This document shows, piece by piece, positions 1 to 8,948 of a stretch of DNA of 32,000 nucleotides. Position 1 is the stretch's first letter. Each line of letters begins with the position of its first letter. The DNA lies in contig NC_009483.1 of the NCBI RefSeq assembly GCF_000016745.1, forward strand, positions 4,980,001-5,012,000, given 5' to 3'. The notes under the pieces are model-generated. The model saw only the letters and a program-made list of their open reading frames with translations, made no database searches and was not told where the DNA came from. The translations under genes were made by a program, and so were the position numbers. The stretch is from Geotalea uraniireducens Rf4. Its GTDB lineage: Bacteria; Desulfobacterota; Desulfuromonadia; Geobacterales; Geobacteraceae.

Positions 1-1941
1 GGCAAGAGCACCTTCCTCAACAACCTGCTCTTGAAATTCGAAAAATACGCCAACACGGAGGAGGGTTTGCGCTTTGAAACGGTCTGGAGGCTCGACCGGC
101 AACTGCTGGGCAATTTCGTCAGACACGAGACAGCCCATTTTCTCGACAAGTTGTCCAAGCTCATCGACGAATACGAATTCGACCAGAACGAGATCATCGA
201 GGCTAAAAGCGCATTGCACGGCATGGACGACTTCGTCGAAATACCCTGCCCCAGCCACGACAACCCGATCCTCATGATCCCCAAGGATTTCAGGCGGCAA
301 TTTTTCGACGACCTGTTCAAAAACGACGAGGTGAAATGGCGGCTGTTCACTGAAAAGGAATATGAATGGGTCTTTAAAAGCAATCCCTGCACCATCTGCA
401 GTTCCCTCTACCAGGCGCTCCTGAGAAAATTGAAGGACCCGGCGCAGGTGCTCAAGATGGTATATGCGCACCCCTACCGCTTCAACAGGCGCCTCGGCGA
501 AGGGATCAGCGTTTTCAACCCCGGCGACAAACCGACAAAGCAGACCGTATTCTCCAACGAGATGCTGCAAAACCGTGTAAATGCCCTGCTCAGGGACAGT
601 AACCAGGTTAAATACATCTTTTCCCAGTATACCAAGACCAACAACGGCATTTACGCACTCATGGACATCAAGTCCCATAACACGGAACGTCTGATGGAGC
701 TCCACAATATCATCAGCGAAGGGGTTCACAAGGTCGAAGACCTGGAAGAAAACGTAGACTCGCTCTTTATCGCCCTCATGAACCCGGAGGACAAAAAAAA
801 CATCGAACAGTTTGCTTCATTCTCAGACCGCATCCAGTACATAAAGATCCCCTACGTGCTCGACCTGAACACCGAGGTGGAGATTTACCGGAACATTTTC
901 GGCAAGCATATCGATGAGAGTTTTCTCCCCAGGGTCCTGCACAACTTCGCCCGGATCATCATCTCCACCCGCTTGAAGATTACATCGGAAGCCATGCAGG
1001 AATGGATCTACGAGCCGGACAGATACGGGATGTTTTGTGACGAGAACCTGCAACTCCTCAAGATGGAGATTTACACCGGCCACATCCCCCCCTGGCTTTC
1101 GGATGAAGACCGGAAGAAGTTGACGGCCAAACGGCGGCGGAAAATCATCGCCGAATCGGAAAACGAAGGTGAACACGGCTTTTCCGGCCGGGACGCCATC
1201 AATATCTTCAATGATTTCTATTCCACCTATGCGCGGAAGGACAAGCTGATCAACATGTCGATCCTGTGCAATTACTTCACTAAAGTCCGCCCGGAACTGG
1301 GCAACTCGATCCCCGAAGGGTTCACGGATTCCCTGCAGCGCCTCTACAACTTCACGGTTTTGCAGGAAGTGAAGGAATCCCTCTACTATTACAACGAGGA
1401 GCAGATTTCCCGGGAGATCATGAATTACCTCTTTGCCATAAACTTTGAACCGGGAAGGGTCGAGACCTGTAAATTCACCGGCGATAAACTTCAGATAAGC
1501 GAGAGTTTTTTCGAAGGGATAGAGAACCGGCTGCTGGGGATGGGGACGGAACCGGAAAAGCGCCTGGCCTTCCGCCGGGAAACGCAGAAAGAGTATGCGG
1601 CAAGGACATTGACCCAGGAAATGATGACGGAGGGAAAACAGATCAACGAATCAACGCTCTTTCAAGCGTTGCGTGAGCGGTACATCTTCAATCTGAAGGA
1701 AAAAGTGCTAGACCCGTTCCTGGAAAACGCCAACTTCCGGCGGGCGATAAAGGACTACGGCAAGGAGGAATTCAAGACCTACGACAAGAAGATCCGGGAC
1801 GATGTTACCTTCCTGATGAACAATCTGGGCAAGAAATACCGCTACAACAAGCATGGCGCCAGAGAAGTCTGCGTCTATGTGATCGACACCGACCTGGCGA
1901 AGAGATTCGCCAGGCATACGCAAGACCCTTTCGCCCAATAA
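1..1941 (+). CDS. PrkA-family AAA ATPase / serine protein kinase-like protein, 5' end cut by the window edge
   Basis: Frame 1 is open from base 1 (GKSTFLNNLL looks like the end of a Walker A P-loop) and runs into the 31..1941 ORF. The block IKIPYVLDLNTEVEIYRNIF...LHNFARIIISTRL resembles the PrkA/YeaG core as I recall it. Confidence 0.6.
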   Translation, partial: GKSTFLNNLLLKFEKYANTEEGLRFETVWRLDRQLLGNFVRHETAHFLDKLSKLIDEYEFDQNEIIEAKSALHGMDDFVEIPCPSHDNPILMIPKDFRRQFFDDLFKNDEVKWRLFTEKEYEWVFKSNPCTICSSLYQALLRKLKDPAQVLKMVYAHPYRFNRRLGEGISVFNPGDKPTKQTVFSNEMLQNRVNALLRDSNQVKYIFSQYTKTNNGIYALMDIKSHNTERLMELHNIISEGVHKVEDLEENVDSLFIALMNPEDKKNIEQFASFSDRIQYIKIPYVLDLNTEVEIYRNIFGKHIDESFLPRVLHNFARIIISTRLKITSEAMQEWIYEPDRYGMFCDENLQLLKMEIYTGHIPPWLSDEDRKKLTAKRRRKIIAESENEGEHGFSGRDAINIFNDFYSTYARKDKLINMSILCNYFTKVRPELGNSIPEGFTDSLQRLYNFTVLQEVKESLYYYNEEQISREIMNYLFAINFEPGRVETCKFTGDKLQISESFFEGIENRLLGMGTEPEKRLAFRRETQKEYAARTLTQEMMTEGKQINESTLFQALRERYIFNLKEKVLDPFLENANFRRAIKDYGKEEFKTYDKKIRDDVTFLMNNLGKKYRYNKHGAREVCVYVIDTDLAKRFARHTQDPFAQ

Positions 1942-1955
1942 GCGGGAAGATAACC

Positions 1956-3773
1956 CTACATTTCCACTCTGGTCACCACCCCTTGCAACTTGCTCGCCGG
2001 CAGCTTGTTGAACTGGACGAAATTGGGCGTGAGCTTCTTGATCACCGAAAAGACCCGCCAGACCGGGTTCATGGTTGCGATATCCTCGATGCCGTAAAAA
2101 ATGACCTTTTCCTGAATATCGTGCTTTTTCAGCAGTTTCTCAATATCAATCACTTCCATGTAACCAGCCTTTATCTCAAAAGCATCCAGACCGGGTCCAA
2201 AGCCCGTCTTCAGCTCGGATTTCAGGCCGAAAGGCTCGTCGGTTCTGACGATGGAGATGAAGATGTTCCTCTCGTAGATGATGTTGCTGCGAATGATGCA
2301 GTGCACCACGTAGGGAGGAATGACGTTCCATTCCCTGGTAAAGAACAGACCTGTGCCGGTGATATTCTTTCCCTTGGCGTAGATCTGTTCATAACTGAGC
2401 AGAAAAGTCTCCATGTCCAGCGGCTTCAGTGCCCGATACAGTGCCTGTTGCCCCTTGGTCCAGATAAGGATGGTGGCAAACGGAACGGAGGCGAGGATGA
2501 TCGACCAGTAGCCGCCATGGGGGAGCTTGTTCAGGTTGGAGATAAGAAATACGACATCGACAATGGTCACCGCCACGGCAACGGGAACCTTCCATTTCTT
2601 GGTGGTGTGGGCAAAGATGATGGTCATCATGATGCCGGTGATGGTCATGGTGCCGGTGACCGCAAGGCCGTATGCTGCTGCCAGGTTTTCCGATTTCTGG
2701 AAGATGAGCATGATGAAGATGACCAGCAGCATCAGGAACCAGTTGACCGAGCCGATATATATCTGGGATTTGAGGTGGCTGGAGGTGTAGTCGACCTTCA
2801 TCAGCGGCATGATACGGGTGGTAATTCCCTGGTAGACAATGGAGAAGACCCCGCTGATCAGGGCCTGGGAGGCGATGACCGTGGCAAGAATGGTGAGGAT
2901 CAGGAACGGAATGTAGAGGAGTTGCGATTGCCCCTGAACCATGTTGAAGAGGAAGTTTTTTGCATCCCCATGCTGTAAGGCAAAGGCCCCCTGCCCGAGA
3001 TAGTTGATGATCAGGGCGACAAAGACAAAGTACCACGCCCTGATGATTGGGCGCCGCCCCAGATGTCCCATGTCGGCGTATAAAGCCTCGCCGCCGGTGG
3101 CGCAGAGGATTACCTCGGAAAGGACGAAGAAAGCCGATATGCCGTTATCCCTGAAAAAGTTGATTGCATAGTGGGGACTCACTGCTCCCAGGATTTTCGG
3201 GAAAGTGGCGATGGAGACCAGCCCGGACACGGTCAGCGCCCCGAACCAGAGCACCATCAGCGGTCCGAACGCAGCCGCCACCTTGTCGGTACCCTTGAAC
3301 TGGAAGATAAAGAGCACCACCGCGATCAGCGCGGCGATCAGGATCAGGGTTCCCAGGCGCATGCTTTCCAGGCCGGGAATCAGCACCAGACCTTCCACAG
3401 CCGACAGGATACTGATGGCGGGGGTGATGACCCCATCCCCCAAGAGTAGCGAAACCCCGACGAAAGAGAGGAAGCCGACAAAGGCGATCTGCCGACCCGG
3501 CTTCAAGAGCCTGATCAGAATCTCCTTGAGAACGATGGTCCCCCCTTCCCCCTTGCGCCCCAGACTCATGGCAAGCCAGGCATATTCAACGGTAACCAGG
3601 ATGATAAGGGTCCAGACGACCATGGAAAGAATTCCGAAAACATTGGCCTCTGTCGGCTTGGTCAGGGCAAAGATTACGGTCAGGGTATAGATGGGGCTGG
3701 TGCCGATGTCGCCGAAAACAAGCCCCATGGACTTGACGACTCCCTCCCAGTACGATTCAGTATGCTTTTTCAT
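1956..3773 (-). CDS. kup: KUP/HAK/KT family potassium uptake protein
   Basis: 605 aa and polytopic. The N-terminus GLVFGDIGTSPIYTL is the Kup signature. RBS GGAGGA lies upstream of the ATG. Confidence 0.93.
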   Translation of the reverse strand: MKKHTESYWEGVVKSMGLVFGDIGTSPIYTLTVIFALTKPTEANVFGILSMVVWTLIILVTVEYAWLAMSLGRKGEGGTIVLKEILIRLLKPGRQIAFVGFLSFVGVSLLLGDGVITPAISILSAVEGLVLIPGLESMRLGTLILIAALIAVVLFIFQFKGTDKVAAAFGPLMVLWFGALTVSGLVSIATFPKILGAVSPHYAINFFRDNGISAFFVLSEVILCATGGEALYADMGHLGRRPIIRAWYFVFVALIINYLGQGAFALQHGDAKNFLFNMVQGQSQLLYIPFLILTILATVIASQALISGVFSIVYQGITTRIMPLMKVDYTSSHLKSQIYIGSVNWFLMLLVIFIMLIFQKSENLAAAYGLAVTGTMTITGIMMTIIFAHTTKKWKVPVAVAVTIVDVVFLISNLNKLPHGGYWSIILASVPFATILIWTKGQQALYRALKPLDMETFLLSYEQIYAKGKNITGTGLFFTREWNVIPPYVVHCIIRSNIIYERNIFISIVRTDEPFGLKSELKTGFGPGLDAFEIKAGYMEVIDIEKLLKKHDIQEKVIFYGIEDIATMNPVWRVFSVIKKLTPNFVQFNKLPASKLQGVVTRVEM

Positions 3774-3803
3774 AAGAATCCGTCCTCCGACAAAACAGCG
3801 GGA

Positions 3804-3832
3804 TTTATACCATTTAGCCCGATGGAATACAA
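3804..3832 (-). promoter_or_regulatory. Candidate sigma70-type promoter for kup
   Basis: The minus strand reads TTGTAT, 17 nt, TATAAA, with TG at the extended -10 position. It sits about 30 nt upstream of the kup start. Confidence 0.35.
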
Positions 3833-3851
3833 TACAAATCCCCCTTTACCC

Positions 3852-3880
3852 TTGACTTTTCAATGGTTTCCTAGTAGGTT
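3852..3880 (+). promoter_or_regulatory. Candidate sigma70-type promoter for ileS-lspA
   Basis: TTGACT (3852-3857), 17-nt spacer, TAGGTT (3875-3880), about 50 nt upstream of the ileS ATG. It is back-to-back with the kup promoter. Confidence 0.3.
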
Positions 3881-3928
3881 GAGTCGTTTTTTGCATCATT
3901 TGCGGATGGATTTCCGGAGGAACTGGCA

Positions 3929-6703
3929 ATGGAATACAAAGACACCCTTAATCTCCCTGTTACCGCATTTCCCATGAAAGCAAATCTGGCACAGAAAGAG
4001 CTGGAGATCCTGGACAACTGGGAAAAGAGCGGTCTTTACCAGAAGCTGGAAGAAGCCGGCAAAGGTAAACCGCACTACATCCTCCATGACGGCCCCCCGT
4101 ACGCCAACGGCCATATCCACATCGGCCACGCCCTCAACAAGATCCTCAAGGACATCGTCCTGAAAAGCAAGAGGATGAGCGGTTTTGACGCCCCCTACAT
4201 TCCCGGCTGGGACTGCCACGGACTCCCTATCGAACTCCAGGTGGAGAAGAACCTCGGTTCGAAGAAACACGAGATCTCCAAGCTGGAGATGCGCAAACTC
4301 TGCCGGGAATATGCCGCAAAGTTCGTGGATATCCAAAAGAAAGAGTTCGAACGCCTCGGCGTCCTGGGAGAGTGGGACAACCCCTACCTGACCATGCACT
4401 ACAGCTACGAGGGAATAACCGCCCACGAGCTGGCCAGATTCGCCGAAAACGGCGGCCTCTACAAGGGGAAGAAACCGGTCCACTGGTGTTCGTCGTGCGG
4501 CACCGCCCTGGCAGAGGCCGAGGTGGAGTATGCGGACCACAAATCGCCGTCGGTCTTTGTCAAGTTCCTCCTGAAAGAAGACCTTTCCGGACAGATCCCG
4601 GCCCTGGCAGGAAAAAAGGTTTCGCTGGTGATCTGGACCACCACCCCCTGGACCCTCCCGGCCAACCTGGCCATAGCCATGCATCCCGAGTTCGACTACG
4701 TGGCGCTTGACACGGGGAGCGAAGTGCTGATCGTAGCTGACGGGCTCAAGGAGAGCTTTCTCAAGGCCACCGGCCTGCAAGGCGAGGTCATCGCCACCTT
4801 CAGGGCCGACCTCCTGGAGAAAAAACTTTGCCGGCACCCGTTCTACGATCGGGATTCCGTGGTTCTCCTCGGCGAGCACGTTACCCTGGAAGCGGGCACC
4901 GGCTGCGTTCATACCGCCCCCGGTCACGGGCAGGAAGACTACGAGCTGGGGCTCAGGTTCGGCCTCGACATCTACAATCCGGTGGACAACCGGGGACGCT
5001 TCCTGGAAAACGTCGAGTTTTTCGCCGGCCAGTTTGTCTTTGACGCAAACCAGCAGGTCATTGAAAAGCTTCAGGAGGTAGGGGCGCTGGTCGGCAAGGC
5101 GGAAATCACCCACTCATATCCCCACTGCTGGCGCTGCAAAAAGCCGATCATCTTCCGTGCCACCGAGCAGTGGTTCATCGGCATGGAGAGTAACGATCTG
5201 CGCAAAAAGGCGCTCAATGAGATAAACACCGTCAACTGGATCCCCAAGTGGGGCAAAGAGCGGATCTACGGGATGATCGAAAACCGTCCGGACTGGTGCG
5301 TTTCGCGTCAGCGCAACTGGGGGGTGCCGATCACCGTCTTTTACTGCAAGGCATGCGGTGAGGCCTTGGCCGATGGCCGGATCATGCACCATGTGGCCGA
5401 CCTCTTCGAAAAAGACGGCTCGGATATCTGGTATGACCGTGAAGCGGGCGAACTGCTCCCGCCGGGGACAAAGTGCCCGTCCTGCGGCAAGGAAGAGTTC
5501 GACAAGGAGATGGACATCCTCGACGTCTGGTTTGATTCAGGCGTTTCCCACGCCGCCGTCTTAGAGCACCGACCAAACCTCTCCTCACCTGCTGACATGT
5601 ACCTGGAGGGGAGCGACCAGCACCGCGGCTGGTTCCACTCGTCTCTTTTGGCCAGTGTCGGCACACGGGGAGTTGCCCCCTACAAATCCGTCCTGACCCA
5701 CGGCTTCGTCGTTGACGGCAGCGGTCGCAAGATGAGCAAATCGGTGGGGAACGTGGTCGCACCGGAAGACGTGATCAAGAAATACGGCGCCGAAGTGCTG
5801 CGTCTCTGGGTTGCAGCCCAGGACTACCGCGACGACCTGCGCATCTCCCAGGAGATCCTTACCCGGCTTTCCGAGGCCTATCGCCGCATCCGCAACACCT
5901 GCCGCTACATCCTCGGCAACATCGGGGACTTCGACCCCAAAGCCGACAGCGTTCCCTACGGAGACATGCCGGAGATCGACCGCTGGGCGCTGCACCAACT
6001 GGAGCTTTTGAAGGAAAAGGTGCTCAAGGCCTATGACGCCTGCGAGTTCCATGTGCTCTACCACGCGGTCAACGGATTTTGCACCGTGGAGATGAGCGCC
6101 TTTTACCTGGATATCCTCAAGGACCGGGTCTACACGAGCAAGAAGGACTCCCTGGAGAGGAGAAGCGCCCAGACCGCCATGTATCAGATTCTCGACACCC
6201 TGGTGAAGCTTGTCGCCCCGGTCCTCTCCTTCACAGCCGATGAAGTCTGGCGCTACATGCCAACCCCTGCAGAAGAGAACGTGCACCTGGCCCAGTTCCC
6301 GGAGCTGCGACCGGAGCAGAAAGACGACGGGCTGGTGGAACGATGGGAAACCATCATGCGGGTGCGCGCCGAGGTTTCCAAGGCACTGGAGCAGTCCCGC
6401 GTACAGAAGGTCATCGGCCACTCCCTGGATGCCGCCGTCGCGCTCAAAGCCCCTGCGGAACTTCGCCAACAGTTGCAGCCGTATGCTGCGGAACTGAAGA
6501 GCATCTTCATCGTTTCCAAGGCAGAACTGGTGGACGATATCCCCGGTGAAAGCTACATGGCAGAAGGAATTGCCGGCCTGCAGATCCGGGTGACGGCCGC
6601 GCCGGGAGAAAAATGCGAGCGCTGCTGGTGCTACGACGAGGAGCTCGGCCGGGACAGCGAACATCCGACCATCTGCCCGAAATGCCTGGCCGCAGTGAAA
6701 TAG
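3929..6703 (+). CDS. ileS: Isoleucine--tRNA ligase (type 1, with C-terminal Zn finger)
   Basis: 924 aa. HIGH motif (ANGHIHIGHALNKILKD), KMSKS motif (GRKMSKSVGN), C-terminal CERCWCY...CPKC. RBS GGAGGA. Confidence 0.97.
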   Translation: MEYKDTLNLPVTAFPMKANLAQKELEILDNWEKSGLYQKLEEAGKGKPHYILHDGPPYANGHIHIGHALNKILKDIVLKSKRMSGFDAPYIPGWDCHGLPIELQVEKNLGSKKHEISKLEMRKLCREYAAKFVDIQKKEFERLGVLGEWDNPYLTMHYSYEGITAHELARFAENGGLYKGKKPVHWCSSCGTALAEAEVEYADHKSPSVFVKFLLKEDLSGQIPALAGKKVSLVIWTTTPWTLPANLAIAMHPEFDYVALDTGSEVLIVADGLKESFLKATGLQGEVIATFRADLLEKKLCRHPFYDRDSVVLLGEHVTLEAGTGCVHTAPGHGQEDYELGLRFGLDIYNPVDNRGRFLENVEFFAGQFVFDANQQVIEKLQEVGALVGKAEITHSYPHCWRCKKPIIFRATEQWFIGMESNDLRKKALNEINTVNWIPKWGKERIYGMIENRPDWCVSRQRNWGVPITVFYCKACGEALADGRIMHHVADLFEKDGSDIWYDREAGELLPPGTKCPSCGKEEFDKEMDILDVWFDSGVSHAAVLEHRPNLSSPADMYLEGSDQHRGWFHSSLLASVGTRGVAPYKSVLTHGFVVDGSGRKMSKSVGNVVAPEDVIKKYGAEVLRLWVAAQDYRDDLRISQEILTRLSEAYRRIRNTCRYILGNIGDFDPKADSVPYGDMPEIDRWALHQLELLKEKVLKAYDACEFHVLYHAVNGFCTVEMSAFYLDILKDRVYTSKKDSLERRSAQTAMYQILDTLVKLVAPVLSFTADEVWRYMPTPAEENVHLAQFPELRPEQKDDGLVERWETIMRVRAEVSKALEQSRVQKVIGHSLDAAVALKAPAELRQQLQPYAAELKSIFIVSKAELVDDIPGESYMAEGIAGLQIRVTAAPGEKCERCWCYDEELGRDSEHPTICPKCLAAVK

Positions 6704-6730
6704 ATCACATTTAACACTACGGACTCTTAT

Positions 6731-7222
6731 ATGAAACTGAAATATCTCATCCTCCTTACCGTATCGATCCTGGTGATCGGCATCGACCAGGCGACGAAGC
6801 TCTTCGTCAATAAGGTCATGGACCTCCACAGCTCCATAACCGTGGTGCAGAACTTCTTCAACATCACCTACATGCGCAACAAGGGGGCTGCATTCAGCTT
6901 CCTCTCCAACTTCAACTACCGCATACCCTTCTTCATCCTCGTGTCGCTGGTCGCCGTCGTCGTCATCATCAGCGTTATCTATAAACTGCGCCCCGACCAG
7001 AAATTCGCCGCCCTCTCCCTCTCCCTCATCCTGTCCGGGGCTCTCGGCAATCTCATCGACCGGGTCCGGCTCGGCGAGGTGATCGACTTCCTCGACGCCC
7101 ATTGGTACGAACACCATTGGCCCGCCTTCAACGTGGCCGACTCGGCCATCTGCGTCGGCGTCTTCCTCCTGGCCATCGACATGTTCCTGGAGGAACAGCG
7201 GCAAAAGAAACAGAAGGATTAG
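6731..7222 (+). CDS. lspA: Lipoprotein signal peptidase (signal peptidase II)
   Basis: 163 aa with 4 TM segments. Motifs NKGAAFSF and GNLIDR...VIDF...WPAFNVADSAI. Conserved ileS-lspA synteny. Confidence 0.93.
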   Translation: MKLKYLILLTVSILVIGIDQATKLFVNKVMDLHSSITVVQNFFNITYMRNKGAAFSFLSNFNYRIPFFILVSLVAVVVIISVIYKLRPDQKFAALSLSLILSGALGNLIDRVRLGEVIDFLDAHWYEHHWPAFNVADSAICVGVFLLAIDMFLEEQRQKKQKD

Positions 7223-7231
7223 GCGCAGCAA

Positions 7232-7266
7232 AGCCCCTGGAGATCAGTTCTCCAGGGGCTTTTTTC
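7232..7266 (+). terminator. Rho-independent terminator of ileS-lspA
   Basis: 12-bp perfect stem AGCCCCTGGAGA / TCTCCAGGGGCT, 5-nt loop, then a T tract (7260-7265). Confidence 0.85.
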
Positions 7267-7380
7267 ATCTAACATGCGCCTGCACGCAAAAGGCGATTCC
7301 CGAAATAATTAAAGTTCCAGCAAATTCAGCCGATTATATGTCTCATGTGTCGAAGCAACGGTGGACGTATATATCAAATC

Positions 7381-7504
7381 TAATTCCAATTTCAAATCAA
7401 GGATGAAATCAAGGCGGCGAGGATTGAGGCGACGAAGGCGTACAGATAGTACGTTAAGGAGCCGAAGACGAGCCAACGAAGATAGCGCCTTGATTTGGAA
7501 TTGG
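7381..7504. repeat. MITE-like element: long form of a dispersed repeat (7381-7418) plus an inverted short form (7486-7504)
   Basis: TAATTCCAATTTCAAATCAAGGATGAAATCAAGGCGGC at 7381-7418. The reverse complement of 7486-7504 is CCAATTCCAAATCAAGGCG. AAATCAAGGCG and CGCCTTGATTT pair perfectly over 11 bp. Related copies lie at 9043-9066 and 29650-29687. Confidence 0.7.
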
Positions 7505-7538
7505 AAAACGTCCCATCGTGAAAAAGGAGACCGATCAG

Positions 7539-7739
7539 ATGAGACATTTGCCAAGAACCCAGATTGTCAAACTAAGGGAATACGGCTATCGGCTGGAAGG
7601 CGAAAACTGGTTGAGAGTATCGGCGCGCCAACAGATGGAGGAGGGCTTCGGTGTGGTAAAGATCGTCAATGGCGACACACTGACAACTGTGTTTATTCCA
7701 AAGGATATATTGGCCAACACTGAAACCATCGTAGTTTAG
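7539..7739 (+). CDS. Hypothetical small protein (66 aa), no family recognised
   Basis: ATG at 7539 is preceded by AAGGAG (7524-7529) with 9-nt spacing. Codon choice is atypical for this window (AGA, CTA, TTG, GTA) and G+C is lower. An alternative GTG start exists at 7518. Confidence 0.4.
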   Translation: MRHLPRTQIVKLREYGYRLEGENWLRVSARQQMEEGFGVVKIVNGDTLTTVFIPKDILANTETIVV

Positions 7740-7772
7740 TCTGTCCCTAGCCCCCCCCAAGACCTTATCATC

Positions 7773-8948
7773 CTAGGCAGCCTCGCCGGCTGCCAGCCAT
7801 TCGCCGATCCGCCGTTCCTCTTCGCCCCAACCGGCGCCGAGGCGCAGGGCCAGGAAGGCTGCATAAAGACTGTCGAATAACTGCATCCCCTGTTCAAGGA
7901 CAAACATCCGTTCAAAAAAAACCGCCTCCCGTTCGCTTACCTCGTCAACGCTGTCATCCTTCTCTATCCTTACCGCCGGCGCTTTTAACGAAGCAAAGTG
8001 GAACATCTCACCCTTCAGCGTCACCCGCCAGGTATGCTCATCCTTCTCTAGGTAGAGGGTCGCCTCGGTGATCCGCTTGCCGGTCTTAAGGGCGGTGCGC
8101 ACCTCGCTGAAATGATCCTGCGGGCCGGCAACGGTGATCTTCTGCAGGCCGTTCTCTCCTGCGCAGAGCAATACCAGGCGGTCATTGATGTAGGCCACGA
8201 ACGGCTCGTTCTCCTGGGCCGGTCCCGGACGGCTGACCCGGTATTCGGATGTATCTTGCATGGTGCGGAACATGAGCCAGAGAAAAAAATCCCACCCAAG
8301 CCACTGGTTACTCCTGATGAGGTCAATGACCGCCTCGCTCCCTGCCTGGTTGGCCTGGTCGAGCGCCGGCTTCAGCCCTTCGTCAACCACCTGTTCAGCC
8401 CGGGCAAAGGGATGAACGGCCACAAGGCGCAATCCTTCGAAGGTCTTCTTGAACTGGGCCTCGAACTGCTCGACGATGGCAGGGGACAGGGAAGTAAAGG
8501 TTACCAGGCCGCTCCTCGTATCCCAGACGGCGTCCCAGGTAGACGGCACAGGCAGGGTCCTGGCCAAGAGCGCTACACGCACCGCGTCCTTAAGCTCTTC
8601 CCGTTTCTGCTTCGGCACTCGGGAAAGACCCGGATTAGCGGCAAGATGCTCATGTTCCGCCACCTGCAGATAGGCCTTGAGCAGAGCTGCCGGCAAACGG
8701 CGCTGGTCGCGGCGCAGGGTGAAAGCCAGGTAGTGATCTCTCCAGAATGCAGCCGGCACGGCAAAGCCGCTTTCACGATGGTCATCCAGGTGGACCCAGC
8801 CGGTGGAAAGCTCGGCCGCCCCCTGGTCGATAGGCTGAAAGCCGTTCCTGGACAGGCGTTCTGACGCCCATTGAAACAGATCCGAGACGGGGAGATCCCC
8901 GGCGACCCGGAACTGGCAAATACTGACGGTGTTTGACAAAATACCCAT
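7773..8948 (-). CDS. RdgC-like recombination-associated protein (long variant, 391 aa)
   Basis: Start taken at MGILSNTVSICQFRV (ATG at 8948, RBS AGGAG upstream) rather than the ORF-track start at 9005. The N-terminal hydrophobic-N-hydrophobic...R...LP pattern and the C-terminal FFERMFVLEQGMQLFDSLYAAFLALRLG resemble RdgC as I recall it. Confidence 0.55.
   Translation of the reverse strand: MGILSNTVSICQFRVAGDLPVSDLFQWASERLSRNGFQPIDQGAAELSTGWVHLDDHRESGFAVPAAFWRDHYLAFTLRRDQRRLPAALLKAYLQVAEHEHLAANPGLSRVPKQKREELKDAVRVALLARTLPVPSTWDAVWDTRSGLVTFTSLSPAIVEQFEAQFKKTFEGLRLVAVHPFARAEQVVDEGLKPALDQANQAGSEAVIDLIRSNQWLGWDFFLWLMFRTMQDTSEYRVSRPGPAQENEPFVAYINDRLVLLCAGENGLQKITVAGPQDHFSEVRTALKTGKRITEATLYLEKDEHTWRVTLKGEMFHFASLKAPAVRIEKDDSVDEVSEREAVFFERMFVLEQGMQLFDSLYAAFLALRLGAGWGEEERRIGEWLAAGEAA

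Noticed and set aside
793-800. A8 run inside the prkA-like gene, considered as a slippage site
   Set aside because: Neither alternative frame terminates soon after the tract, and nothing suggests a functional short product. It simply encodes Lys-Lys-Asn.
3774-3928. Possible K+/c-di-AMP-type riboswitch leader upstream of kup
   Set aside because: The predicted promoter leaves a leader of only about 25-30 nt, too short for a riboswitch. I saw no conserved riboswitch motifs.
3896-5113. 405-aa minus-strand ORF antisense to the ileS 5' half. Similar long antisense ORFs occur at 1983-2978 (kup), 12539-13528 and 13568-14260 (glnE), 16042-16590 (mtnA), 17308-18219 (gatB), 19074-19655 (gatA), 20140-21099 and 21229-22065 (uvrD), 23032-24057 (dnaX), and 26429-27493 and 27527-28318 (nifJ)
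   Set aside because: All lie inside well-supported genes on the opposite strand and have low-complexity, Arg/Gly/Pro/His-rich translations. They are GC-driven shadow ORFs.
5585-7231. 548-aa ORF on the minus strand spanning the ileS 3' half, the ileS-lspA spacer and all of lspA
   Set aside because: It is entirely antisense to two unmistakable conserved genes. Its composition (D/E/G/H/V/R-rich, no recognisable motifs) is typical of shadow ORFs in GC-rich DNA. It has no RBS context.
7309-7723. ORFs 7309-7554 (minus strand, 81 aa) and 7361-7723 (plus strand, 120 aa) inside the low-GC island
   Set aside because: They translate the repeat/hairpin sequence into Arg/Ser/Leu-rich low-complexity strings and lack RBSs. 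The 7539 ORF with AAGGAG is the only credible coding candidate here.
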